A DNA stretch of 64,000 nucleotides from Hormiphora californensis (lineage: Eukaryota > Animalia > Ctenophora). The notes under the pieces are model-generated. The model was not told the origin of the DNA. It was given only the letters and a program-made list of their open reading frames with translations, and ran no database searches. Where the stretch lies: the NCBI GenBank assembly GCA_020137815.1, contig CM035361.1, positions 4,216,001 through 4,280,000 of the forward strand, in the 5' to 3' direction. A program made the translations under genes and the position numbers. Shown here piece after piece: positions 13,791 to 26,900 of this stretch. The number at the start of each line of letters is the position of its first letter. Position 1 is the first letter of the stretch.

Positions 13791-15117
13791 ATAGGAATGA
13801 GCAATGTGATCAAAGCGAGGAAACTTAAAACAACTGTTGTTACATACGGACTGGAAAATGAACAATGATTTTTGTTTTGTTTGTTTCTTACAAACTTTTA
13901 TTAAACTAATTAGTTTTTAGAATTTTCTTTTTTTTTCTTACATAATCTATTGAACATTGGGTCTTTTAGCGTAACTAAGATCATTTTGTAATTATGTATT
14001 TTGATTTTGTTATACCCAACAAATTTCCGTATTTATCAATTTGTCCCGGATAAGAGGGTGGAACACTTGTATAAGGGGTTGTTGAGTAAGTTACTCAATA
14101 ACTTTATAGGGGTGATCTGGAGCCATGAACCCATGCGGAACTTATCTAATTCGTGTCCTTGTTGATCGGTCACGGTTTGTACAGTGTACAAACCGTGACA
14201 GTGTACACCCAGTGACTGTTACCGGAATCTTAATTTACTGCGGAGTGCGGAACCTCGATTTACCGGAACCTCGTGTGTCCACTGTCCAACCTATATTTAT
14301 GCCGTGCTCGCGTCAAAGATTCCGGTAAAGCAAGGTTCAAGTGCAGTCAAACAAGCTGTGCTACAAAAGTAAATTACTATTCGGGGCCTGGCAAGGCCCC
14401 CCGACCCGAATATAAACCAAACTCAACCCATCCCCCCTAAAACATCCCCCCTAAAACTAAAACAACGGGGCCGAGCCGACAGGCCCTTAATACCAGATGA
14501 AAAAAAAACCATAACCATAACCATAACCATAAACCATAACCATAAACCATAGATATTTTTAGAGTGAAAGTTTTGAAGCCCCCTGAAGTAGTAGAGAGGT
14601 GTTCTATGGCTCGTTGGAAAGGTCTCGAGGTCCCGCGACGTATAGGGGGTGTGGCGATGGGTGTGCCCAAACCCATAAGGGGTAGGACGCGAAAAACAGT
14701 CAAAATAAGGGGTATACAGAACTCGGCAATTAGAAGCAGTAGAAAGGTGTTCTAGGGTGCGTTCGAAAGCTCTCGAGGTACTGAAGTAATTAGAATGTAA
14801 TTGGAAGTAATTACATGTAATTAAAATGTAATTACATGTAATTAAAGGGTAATTACATGTAATTAAAAGGTCTAAATGACCCTAAATAACAATTCAGACA
14901 TATTTTGACATATTTGGAGGCCCTGAGACCAGCGGGTGGCCAAATTTAATCCGGTTTCGGGTCGGCTGACGTAAAAACTCCGCGTTTTGGTCGAGGTAAT
15001 TCATACATAGTTCACATTTCATTAGTATAAAACACCATACACCAAACACCACACATCATAACACCAAAAATCAATATTTATTATTTTGCAAAAAAAAACT
15101 CAAAGCAGAGCAACTTT

Positions 15118-15226
15118 CAGGAACCGACCGAAACAAGTAAACAACCAATCAGAGCTCGCTTTTTAGGTCACGTGACTGGTTATCAGCCAATCAGGGACCA
15201 GTATTTCCTGATTCGGTCGGTTCCTG
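15118..15226. mobile_element. 109-bp hAT-type MITE
   Basis: TIR CAGGAACCGACCGAA...TTCGGTCGGTTCCTG with 8-bp TSD GCAACTTT (15110-15117, 15227-15234). Further copies at 45843 and ~57953. Confidence 0.9.
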
Positions 15227-15311
15227 GCAACTTTACTAATCAATATTCAGCGACATGTTGTTGAGTACAACAAGCTACATGGACAATTGACACTTGTTTA
15301 AGTCAAAATGT

Positions 15312-16583
15312 TTAGTTACAAGGAGGTGGTGCGCTGGCAAAGTCAGGGTTCACCGGTTGACTATTATTGTATGGAGGTGGTTGCTGGGGGTAACCAGCGT
15401 TACCATGGTAACCACCAGCCTGATTGTAACTGGGTGGTGCCTGAGGGGGTCCTGCGGGCATGTGCTGTTGCTGGGGTCCTGGATACTGAGGCTGTTGTGG
15501 GGGATATGGGCCCTGAGGGGGATATGGGCCCTGAGGGGGATATCCAGCCTGAGGGGGATATCCAGCCTGATATCCAGCCTGAGGTGGGTAAGCACCCTGA
15601 GGTTGGTAGGCACCCTGAGGTGGGTAAGCGCCCTGAGGTGGATAAGCGCCCTGAGGTGGATAAGCAGCCTGGGTAGGTTGAGCCGGAGCAGCGACGACCA
15701 CATTATTTGTTACAACAGTGGTTGCTTGATTTACAACATGACCCTGCATTTGAAGCCTGGCCCTCCTTCTTCGAACACAGCATCGGATGCAGCAACCAAT
15801 CACAGTAGCCCAGAACAGTACACCAACAATTGAACTCACTGCGCCGGAAAGGGAATCATTAGTTAATGGTTGTATTTTTAGAGCAATTATTAATAAGGGC
15901 AAATTCTTTTTGTATAGTAATTGATTTAAACTCTCCAGCATTATTAGTTTGTTTGTTTACTTCGTATTTACCAATTGCGGGTATCTCAATTTCACCGTCA
16001 TTATCATCAACACAAGACGCCTTGCCATTCACACCATCATACTTGCACGACCAGCTCTGTAAGTAACAATTAACACCATCTGAAACACGTGGGAAGTTGT
16101 AATTAATTAACTAATTAATTAAAGCTGGTTATTTACAATTGAATTATGATTGAATTACACATTATATGGCTTGCCTAGCTGGACTGTGTTTCGCGCGCCC
16201 CGCCCGCGAAACACAAAGAAGGGTTAGAACATAACAATATATATGGCAAGTGCGATGTATCAATATGATCATTTATTAGTATTAGGGGCAACTCTAGTTG
16301 GATGGACAATGCAATGTACATTGGACACGCAGTAATGAAGGTTCATAATTTGCTGAAGCTTCATCAGCTAGAGTTTCTCCTTCATTCACTTACTTCCACC
16401 AAAACTATCGTAGTCACACGTTGGATAGCCATAGTCATTAGTGGAACAAGAATTGATCTTTTGGTTGCATGATATGAGTATGTCTGAGTAAGAGCCAGAT
16501 CCTTCACACTTCTGGTCAAAACAATCGTAGCCAGTGACAACGCTTTGTAGGAAGAAAAGCGCCACTAGGGTAATAAGATACAT
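15312..16583 (-). CDS. Single-pass Shisa-like/STMC6-type membrane adaptor with Pro/Tyr/Gln-rich tail and PPxY motifs (3 exons)
   Basis: Exon 1 (16583-16394) has signal peptide MYLITLVALFFLQSVVTG plus a Cys-rich part. Exon 2 (~16079-15972) reads NGVNCYLQSWSCKYDG...C. Exon 3 (~15838-15312) has TM VSSIVGVLFWATVIG, CCIRCC, RRRR, (AYPPQG)n, PPSY and PPPY. Phases are compatible. Confidence 0.8.
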
Positions 16584-18378
16584 GTCCCCTAGTCAGAATA
16601 TAATATGTATATATTTCGAGAATACGTATTAAATACACGCATGAATACGTATTTACGCAGATTTGCAGGTCAACCGTTAAGAAGAAATTTAATTTCAGAG
16701 ATTGTTCTTATATTGAGGGAAAACAGTTGCATTGTGCCTGAATCTCAGGTTCAGGCACGACTGCTTTCCTCCATCAACTTGCTAATCTTTCTTTCTAATC
16801 TGCAGTTAGATGTGAGCGTGTATTTGGTGACATAGACACCGTGCGTGACCAAGATTGAGCTCACACACAGGTCTATTATATGTCACCAAAGCGTGTATGC
16901 ACATGTTAAAAGGGAAAGCCTAGCTACTACAACTAGTCGACTGCTGCAACAGAATTATACTCAGTGTGTTCAAGGTTGAAACAGCATCCTATAGGCTGAT
17001 CAAGTTACACAGGATAAGACACGCGATTCTATTACTAAAGAAACTTGATGAAGTCACCCATAAAACATCTAGCTGTAGCGCATATAACATTGTGTTTATG
17101 CAAAAGTATACTATCTTTTGGGTCCCATGAGTTTTATGGTGATACACACCGAGGAAAACGTGCAACTACCAATTGATCTTTGGCCATGAAGCTATAAGAT
17201 TAAAATAGGTACAACCATCGAATTATGGAAATCTGTTACTGTTGATGAAGTCACCCATAAAACATCTAGCTGTAGCGCATATAACATTGTGTTTATGCAA
17301 AAGTATATCGTATCACACTTCTAATAAGCTTCCCCGAATCATGACACGATTCTGGGGATCTCATTAGCAGTTTGAGACGATACGGGATATGGAACATGAT
17401 TCGGGGAAGCTTATTAGACGATATGAGACACGATTCTGAGGAGGTTGCTATTACTCTTTCTCTTTTTTGTCCCATCCACTAACCTGATGAATCCTTGTGT
17501 ACCTACCCCCATCAACTAACCTGATGAGTCCTTGTGAAACGTCACCTCCCAGACCTAAAAAAAGAAGAGGAATCCTGATTCCTGCTGCCTCTGCCGAGTC
17601 TGGAAAAAGGAGAAACATATCATCAGTTGAAGTCTACTACAACGAGTACCAGGAAGTTTTAGAAGACTGTGCAAGGAGATCGAGACAAACTTCAGCCAGA
17701 CAGCTTCTGGGAGCAGCATCATATTCTACTTTCACGAAAATCAGACCTGACACCTGTTGCGGAGTTGTTTATTGTGGATCCTAATAATGTACGGTGGCAT
17801 TTCCGTATAACCTATCCGAATTCACTGATCTGTCTAAACATTTTCATAATAAGGAGCTGTTTAATCACCCTGAAACACTCCGTGAACTCTCTGAAGAAGG
17901 GCGTGTTTTATCATTATATCAAAAATGAACTGATTGCGTAATTCTGATTGATGTATTATTGGGTTTATTATGATAATCGTTTAGATTTGTGCCCATTATG
18001 ATTATCAAGTTCAATAATATGCGTGGGATGATTTGATCACTCATAAATTCACGTCCCTCTCATATGCCCCTCTCACACTCATTAGCTATGGCTAATAGAA
18101 CCTAATCAGATCACATTTCTTTTAGCCATAGTTGTATGCATCTATGGCTAATAGAATCTTTTAGCCCGGTATATCGGGGTGCCCGGTATATCAGGGTGCC
18201 CGGTAATCGGGGTGCCCGGTATATCGGGGTCCGACTGCTCACTGCATGCAGTACTACTTATGACACTTAAAGGTTGCTATAGACTAGAACAAATTAAACA
18301 AGTTAGTTTTGGTTGAACAATTAATGTTTGATAACGTGAACGTGTCATCTTGTCAGCAAAAGAAATGAAATATTATAC

Positions 18379-19226
18379 CAGCGGGCTCGCAGGCCCACCT
18401 CTCTCAACTCAGGCCCCTCTCTCAACTCAGGCCCCTCTCTCAACTCAGGCCCCTCTCTCAACTCAGGCCCACCTCTCAACTCAGGCCCACCTCTCTCAAC
18501 TCAGGCCCTTCTCTCAACTCAGGCCCCTCTCTCTCAACTCAGGCCCCTCTCTCTCAACTCAGGCCCCTCTCTCAACTCAGGCCCACCTCTCTCAACTCAG
18601 GCCCCTCTCTCTCTTAACTCAGGCCCCTCTCTCAACTCAGGCCCCTCTCTCAACTCAGGCCCCTCTCTCAACTCAGGCCCCTCTCTCAACTCAGGCCCCT
18701 CTCTCAACTCAGGCCCCTCTCTCAACTCAGGCCCCTCTCTCAACTCAGGCCCCTCTCTCAACTCAGGCCCCTCTCTCAACTCAGGCCCCTCTCTCAACTC
18801 AGGCCCCTCTCTCAACTCAGGCCCCTCTCTCAACTCAGGCCCCTCTCTCAACTCAGGCCCCTCTCTCAACTCAGGCCCCTCTCTCAACTCAGGCCCCTCT
18901 CTCAACTCAGGCCCCTCTCTCAACTCAGGCCCCTCTCTCAACTCAGGCCCCTCTCTCAACTCAGGCCCCTCTCTCAACTCAGGCCCCTCTCTCAACTCAG
19001 GCCCCTCTCTCAACTCAGGCCCCTCTCTCAACTCAGGCCCTTCTCTCAACTCAGGCCCCTCTCTCAACTCAGGCCCCTCTCTCAACTCAGGCCCCTCTCT
19101 CTCAACTCAGGCCCCTCACTCAACTCAGGCCCCTCTCTCAACTCAGGCCCCTCTCTCAACTCAGGCCCCTCTCTCAACTCAGGCCCCTCTCTCTCTCAAC
19201 TCAGGCCCTTCTCTCAACTCAGGCCC
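18379..19226 (+). repeat. 18-bp minisatellite (CTCTCTCAACTCAGGCCC)n
   Basis: Roughly 45 tandem units; source of the STQAPL/ELREGP pseudo-ORFs. Confidence 0.95.
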
Positions 19227-19417
19227 TCGAAACCTAAGCATTGGATCCATTCGAAAATATATGGAATCAAATGGAAAAATAGCTATTCTTAGATTGCCTG
19301 AGGCAGCAAAAACAATTTTCAGCATCATCACAAACTCAGTAGACTCTCTATATATATATATCCAAATATAGTTTCTTTTCCTCGCACGTCCTACGCAGAC
19401 TTGAGTGTGGACCTTAA

Positions 19418-20720
19418 GGGTACACCTGGCGTTTTTCATCATCGAGTGCCCAACCAAATGACTTCACCAGGGTTTAGGCCATACAAAATGGACCTCAAAT
19501 ATGCAATTTTAGCCCTAAAGTCGAATTCATATTTTTGCTACAGCCTATTTTCAAAGTGGCGTTTTTTCAATTTTTGGTGGAATTTTTAACCTCAGGACCA
19601 CTTTTTTTGAGATAGAAACATTAAATTCTTGGAATTTGAAGAGAATATAAAGGTAAATAAGCCCAAAGAAGGATTTTTGAAATGGAGCTAATTTATGGCC
19701 ATGAGAACGGTTTACTTTTTTGCTTCTTTGACACGCTGGCTGAGAATGTTCCCATGCTTCATTAGAGATGAAAATCGGGAAATAGTTGCTCAAAACGATT
19801 ATCTATGTGGCCCAAAAATTTTGGAACTTTCCCGTCAAAGATGTGGTGTACAGAGCTTGTTTTGTGAAACCCATCTTTTTGAAAAAGAGGGAAATTCCCT
19901 GTATCTCAAAAACGGATGATCGTAGAGACCTGCGACCAAGCTTAATCGATTCAGAAGGTCCGATTTTGGGGGGGTCTTCTGAGAGACATTTTGCTCCTAC
20001 TCCAACCGTTTTTGCTGTAATTGCGAAAAAGCTATCAGCAAGTAAGGGGGAAATCAGCCCGAAGCAGGCTACTGGAATTTAGTTGTTCCCCCTTTTCATA
20101 GAATTGGTTTTTTGCAAGTACAGCAAAAACGGTTGGAGTAGGAGCAAAATGTCTCTCAGAAGACCCCCCCAAAATCGGACCTTCTGAATCGATTAAGCTT
20201 GGTCGCAGGTCTCTACGATCATCCGTTTTTGAGATACAGGGAATCTCCCTCTTTTTCAAAAAGATGGGTTTCACAAAACAAGCTCTGTACACCACATCTT
20301 TCGTGGGAAAGTTCCAAAATTTTTGGGCCACATAGATAATCGTTTTGAGCAACTATTTCCAGATTTTCATCTCTAATGAAGCATGGGAACATTCTCAGCC
20401 AGCGTGTCAAAGAAGCAAAAAAGTAAACCGTTCTCATGGCCATAAATTAGCTCCATTTCAAAAATCCTTCTTTGGGCTTATTTACCTTTATATTCTCTTC
20501 AAATTCCAAGAATTTAATGTTTCTATCTCAAAAAAAGTGGTCCTGAGGTTAAAAATTCCACCAAAAATTGAAAAAACGCCACTTTGAAAATAGGCTGTAG
20601 CAAAAATATGAATTCAACTTTAGGGCTAAAATTGCATATTTGAGGTCCATTTTGTATGGCCTAAACCCTGGTGAAGTCATTTGGTTGGGCACTCGATGAT
20701 GAAAAACGCCAGGTGTACCC
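19418..20720. mobile_element. Palindromic non-autonomous DNA transposon, TTAA TSD, GG termini (Kolobok-like)
   Basis: TTAA|GGGTACACCTGGCG...CGCCAGGTGTACCC|TTAA with ~610-bp arms. Purine-purine termini plus TTAA fit Kolobok rather than piggyBac (CCC). Confidence 0.85.
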
Positions 20721-20939
20721 TTAAATACACTGTAAAACACTATCGCTTATCTAGTTTCTCTCTCTCGCCTAGTATCCTACAATTTATATACTAATGTCCC
20801 TCTTCCAGCTCCCGTTAACGCTGTTTTCTTCCCGGCCCCTGTTGCTCCAGTTCACTTCTCAATCTGTTTCCTTCAGGTACAGCTCCTGACCGGCAGTCCT
20901 CTTCTTTCACAGATCCTTCGTCATGACGTCGTGTAGTGG

Positions 20940-23900
20940 TTAACCAGTCTCTTCGTCACTCTCTGTGTAATCGAACGGTGTTGTATCACCTGCACTGAAT
21001 TCATCTTCCATGGGTGTTAAGATTTCAGGATCGCGGAGTATGATTTTAGGATCGCGGAGTATGATTTCAGGATCGGGCATGATTTCAGGATCGGGCATGA
21101 TTTCTGGATGATCGGATATGATTTCAGGATGATCGGATATGATTTCAGGACCGGGCATGATTTCAGGATGATCGGGTATGATTTCAGGAACGGGCATGAT
21201 TTCAGGATGATCGGGTATGATTTCATGATCGGGTATGATTTCAGGGCCGGGTATGATTTCAGGACCGGGCATGATTTCAGGATGATCGGGTATGATTTCA
21301 GGACCGGGTATGATTTCAAGATGATCGGGTATGATTTCAGGATGATCAGGTATGATTTCAGGATGATCGGGTATGATTTCAGGATGATCGGGTATGATTT
21401 CAGGACCGGGTATGATTTCAGGATGATCGGGCATGATTTCAGGATGATCGGGTATGATTTCAGGATGATCGGGCATGATTTCAGGGCCGGGTATGATTTC
21501 AGGATCGGGTATGATTTCATGATCGGGTATGATTTCAGGACCGGGCATGATTTCAGGATCGGCCATGATTTCAGGATCGGGCATGATTTCAGAATCGGGC
21601 ATGATTTCAGGATGATCGGGTATGATTTCAGGATGATCGGGTATGATTTCTGGACCGGGCATGATTTCTGAACCGGGCATGATTTCAGGATGATCGGGTA
21701 TGATTTCAGGATGATCGGGCATGATTTCAGGATCGGGTATGATTTCAGGATGATCGGGCATGATTTCAGGGCCGGGTATGATTTCAGGATCGGGTATGAT
21801 TTCATGATCGGGTATGATTTCAGGACCGGGCATGATTTCAGGATCGGCCATGATTTCAGGATCGGGCATGATTTCAGAATCGGGCATGATTTCAGGATGA
21901 TCGGGTATGATTTCAGGATGATCGGGTATGATTTCTGGACCGGGCATGATTTCAGGATCGGGTATGATTTCAAAATCAGATATGATTTCTGAACCGGGCA
22001 TGATTTCAGGATGATCGGGTATGATTTCAGGATGATCGGGCATGATTTCAGGATCGGGTATGATTTCAGGATGATCGGGCATGATTTCAGGATGATCGGG
22101 CATGATTTCAGGATCGGGCATGATTTCAGGATCGGGTATGATTTCAGGACCGGGCATGATTTCATTATCTTCTTGTGCACTGATTCCTCCACCTGCCTCA
22201 TCTTGCTTCATCGGCCGGGTACACCTCTTAGTGATACTATTACTAAGAGGTGTATTACTAATAGGGCTGGATTCTGCACCCTCTTCAGAACTCTTGCTAG
22301 GAGGTATCATACCGACATTGTTACCAGACCTCCCACTTCTCCTTCTAGACCCAAGCCTCGCCATCTCAATATCCGCAGGGATCTCCCCGACTGACCCTGT
22401 AACTGTCGACCTCCGGCGTATGCGTGGAAAACTCGCAAAACCTCTAGCGCACAACTTCCGAACTAAGAACCTACCCTTTTTCAACATGTCGCTGTATATA
22501 AGGGGGTTTAAGACCTGAGTTAACGGGGAGGACGATGACGGAGATGTAACCGTAGGTTGACGTGGCATCCTAACACCCCTCCCAGGTGAAGACAGCAGAT
22601 GATACAAAATGGAACCCAGGAAAGGAAATCCGTTCCGATTATCAGGGTTACCTTCCGGTCGATTTTCTGTTGCCGTTTCATAAGTTTCTCCAGATGTACT
22701 GCCCGTGAGTTTGGGCCCCCAGCTGCCCTCTTGCTCCGAACTTGGAACTGTGCCAGACTCTGGCTACTCTGGAACCGGATTGCTATGTAACACCCAGCGA
22801 TGACTCCCATACATGTCACGTTTATACTCATCAGAAGAGCTGCGAGGGGCATCTGGGGATCAGATGGTGTTACGAGGTACTTGAACATGCAGACACCCGC
22901 GTTGCCATAGAAACTAACCGTTGAACTCATGGCACTCCATTCGTAGTATTGGTTGGTGAACATGCCCTGTATCAGAGTTACGAGGTTGTCCCACCTCAGG
23001 TCCTCTGTACTCCGAAGGATTCTCCCGTAGTACCCTTCGATTACCCGCATGTGTTCCCGTTTAGAGACTACCCCGGTGAAGAATCGAACTGCGGGGTCCC
23101 AAACCTTACCATTCACAAACGTCTCCTCAAGGACTTTGACAATCGGCACCACTGCGATGAGCACTGCGCTGCTGAGGATGAAACTGATGATAATCAACGT
23201 TTTCACGATCCGTTTCAGATTGACATCCCGTCTCTCCCGAATCCCCTGGCATATTCTAATGGCGCGGGTGACACTTAGCACTGTCATGGCGAAGATGGAG
23301 ATCTCCGTGGCGGTAGTGTTTAGGACACCCAGGGCTGTGCACATCTTCCCAGATAGCCAGGACATTCGGAGGGAGCAGAAGGAATCACCGAACACGAACT
23401 GGTCGTACAGTGATAAGATGAGGAGGTAGACTCCCGTGACGAGGTCACCCAGGGAGATCACACAAATCAGGATGGTGTTTTCGAATCCTACCATGGATTT
23501 GATTTTGCATAGCTTGATCAGGTTTTTCCGGATGGACATTGAGTTAAGAAGAGTCGCTATTGTCCCGAATAGTATAGCACATACTTTTAGTACTTTCGAT
23601 TCCAGAAGTTCTTTTCCGCATTTCTCATTGCACTCGTCAGACAGGTCACCGCAGTCAAACTGGCCATCGCACACGGAAGAAATGGCCACAAACCGACGTC
23701 CATCAGAGCACTCAAAGTTATTCTCACATCTCCTTTCATCGCTTCCATCTTTACAGTTGGAGACGAGGTCGCACACCGCACCGTAGGGAACACAATCCCC
23801 GTCTCCACATTGAAACACCTCCTGTGTGTACTCTCCCCTGTTCGGCAGGGCAAAAGTCAGTTGACCCGACTCGTGGATGGTATAGACTCGATTCCAAAAC

Positions 23901-26900
23901 TTGCCAGCACAACTATTATGTGGAACAGAGGTGGTAAGGTCAAGGGGACATGAGGCGTCAATACAGCCGTCCAGACAAGCTGCTAGGATGAATGCATAGC
24001 CGTATAAATGCCGACATGATTGTTGGCGTTTTGGAAGTGTCACCATGGCAACCGATTCCAGCCCAAATGTGGTTCCCTCCATCTTCAGCCCGGTCTTTGT
24101 CGTACACCCTCCCATCTCCCGTTGGAGATTCTCCAATCCTGGCTGACAGAATCCCATGGTGATGGTCTTCTTCTTGTTGCCCCGGGTAACGGGACTCTGT
24201 TTAGGTTCCCACCCACATATCTGGTTTTCCCTGTGACACGTATCCCTTCCATCGCACATCTGATCCCCCGCTATGTAGGGAGCACCGCCGAACTGGCACA
24301 CAAACACATCCTGACAGATGGTGACGTCTGTGACAACCCTGCTAGTCCGATCATCACCACACCTCTTCCACAGACCCTCTCTCTCATCTTCTCCCCCTTG
24401 ACAGTCCTCCACTCCATCTCCCACCCAATTGAGGGGTATCTTCAGAGGTTTCATCCCGGTAACAGGACGGTACTTTCTCAAACAAACCTGCAGGGAGAAC
24501 AATCGGAGATGGTGAAAAGAAGCATGCACTGGTTGTTGGTAATTTTTTCCCTAATAAAGGTCGTGCGACCATTTCGGTAGACTGGTAAATGTTAACCAGA
24601 TCTGTGAGAATTTCGCACGTTTTTGCCCATAACTCAGCCATTTCTTGACCAATTTCCAAAATCTAGATTAATCTAGATTAATCTAGATTAATCTTTGGCT
24701 CATTGGAAAGAGGACATAAAGATCTCTCAAATGAGCTCAAGAAAATGAAAATTGGCGCAAATTGCGCGGCGTGGTGGCGAAAACGCGCATTTTAGCGCCA
24801 TAACGCCGCGCATTTTGTGCCGTTTTTAGTTTTATTGGGCTCATTTGAAAGAAATCAATGTCCTCTTTCCAACGCGCCCAAGATTTTGCAAATTGGTCAA
24901 GAAATGAGTTATAGACAAAAACGTGGTTTTGCACGTACGTTTTCTCTCAGATCAGTTAACATTTACCGCCTACCGACCATTTCTGGTGAAAATGAGCGCA
25001 TTTACGAACATTATTAATGCGTCCATACTCAACAATATGCGCGCATTTTCGCTTGAAGAGCCCATAAATGCGCCCATTTTCGCTGAAAATCAACATGGGC
25101 GCATTAATGCTCGTAAATGGGCCCATTTTCACCAGAAATGGTTGCACGACCTTGTTGCGTTTTCACTGTTCTTGTGGTGTTTTAGAATTTTGCTGGGGCC
25201 GCCATGATTGCCAAAGCTTTTCTACCTACGTACCCCGTTGATTCTCTAAACAGCTTATACAATTCTACAATTATCACATGATTCTACATGTTATTCAGGG
25301 GGATTTCCCTTGATGTTTATCATATAGCGCTCTACCACTACCAACCTCCGTATTCTTTACCCCGACATAAGAGACGAAGAGTGAGAGGGGGAGAGAGACA
25401 TAGAGACGGGTGGGGGGCTGTTGTAGGACTTAACAATATGGGCTTTCTAGTATGGTATAAAACCCGACCAAAGGGAGGGGTTTATACTTTCTATAAGCAA
25501 AGTTTTATTGATTATAAGTTTTAGCGGCAAAAACGTCATTGCTTTTTATAGCGGGCGCGGTATATCAGACCATGGACCATAGAAAGTCTTGATATTAGAG
25601 CCTTTATATATATTTAAAGTTCGACGCATATACCTTGTAGTGAGAAACTCGGCAGTTATCTTCATCTTCCCCGTGGGTGCAATCCTCCCTCCCATCGCAC
25701 AGTTGATGTTTATGGACCAAGCAAGCGGGGGTAACTGCGATGCACAGCTTGTCCATGGAGTCGTCACAGAGACCCTTAAAAAAGGGCTTGCAAACGATAG
25801 TAGAAGATACATTCGATGGAAATCCGTCTATTGGGCAGACAACCCCCACCCTTCTGGGGTCTGAACAGTTGGTTTGATCCCGGAAATCCTCGCAGTAAGG
25901 CATGTACTGGTAAGGGCCCTCGGAGAAGGTTTGGTAGTCTACATTCAGGAATAGAGCGATTTGGGTACTTGTTCGAATCACCGCACACCTATGATGATGT
26001 CTCAATTTGAATCCCGGGATTATACAAATACAAATAACCATGAACGATTAAATGGTCAACTTGAAATAATTTTTTGTTGTTGATAACTCTAAAATAATTT
26101 TTCGGTGCTTACCTGGTGTATTCAAATATCGGTAGTCGAATGAGTGTCTTTTCTTCCCGTTTGTAATATGAACTCAAGCATTTCGGGTATTCCGTGATTT
26201 TCGAGCATTCAGACTTTGTGCGCTTGCAGGAATCCGCTATATCCTCGAATTCTTGGGAGAAGGGATTGTTAATCTCTACTTTCCCACCTAGCATCCCGGA
26301 AAATCAGGGTCCGAAATGCCAGCAATTTTACTCGAGGCTTGATACGAAAACGAAAGTTGGAATAATGTCTAAACCAATTGTTTGTTACATTAACCTTGGT
26401 GTCCAATTAAAAGTTTGGCGAAAAGATGACGTCTCAATGTTGTGTTTGAAATTCATTCATAACTAGGAACGCGCATGCACGTGCAAGCTTCAAACACAAG
26501 TTAGAAGCATGGGACCTTCACAATTCTACGGATCTTTATCACCTGATTCTACATGTAATTCAGCGGAATTTCCCTTGATGTTTATCACCAGCGCTCTAGC
26601 ACTACCAACCTCCGTATTCTTTACCCCGACATGGAGAGACGAAGAGTAAGAGGGGGACATAGAGACGGGTGGGTGGGGGGGGGGCTGTTGTAAGACTACA
26701 TTGGGTATTCTACATGGTATACAGGAATACAACGGGCTTTCTAGTCTATATTATAAAGTACAAATGAACGTCGTGGTGAGGAGTATGATGTAGTATCCCA
26801 CGTGCAAATAGTGGGGGTTGCCAAGGAGGTGGCTTGGGAGGGGTATTGGAGATTGTGGGGGGATACTGCACGTGCATGTTATTGTTTGTTTGTTGCGTGT

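Noticed and set aside
14050-15000. Hairpin (14379-14413) and GTAATTACAT repeats as ncRNA
   Set aside because: More consistent with a non-autonomous repeat; no tRNA/snRNA/rRNA or spliced-leader signature was recognised here or elsewhere in the window.
19401-20740. Mirror-image ORF pairs
   Set aside because: By-products of the palindromic transposon arms; no recognisable domains.
21017-22518. Alternative-frame repeat ORFs (ILKSCP, MIGYDFR)
   Set aside because: Only the PEIMPD frame connects to NPLIY and to unique downstream sequence.
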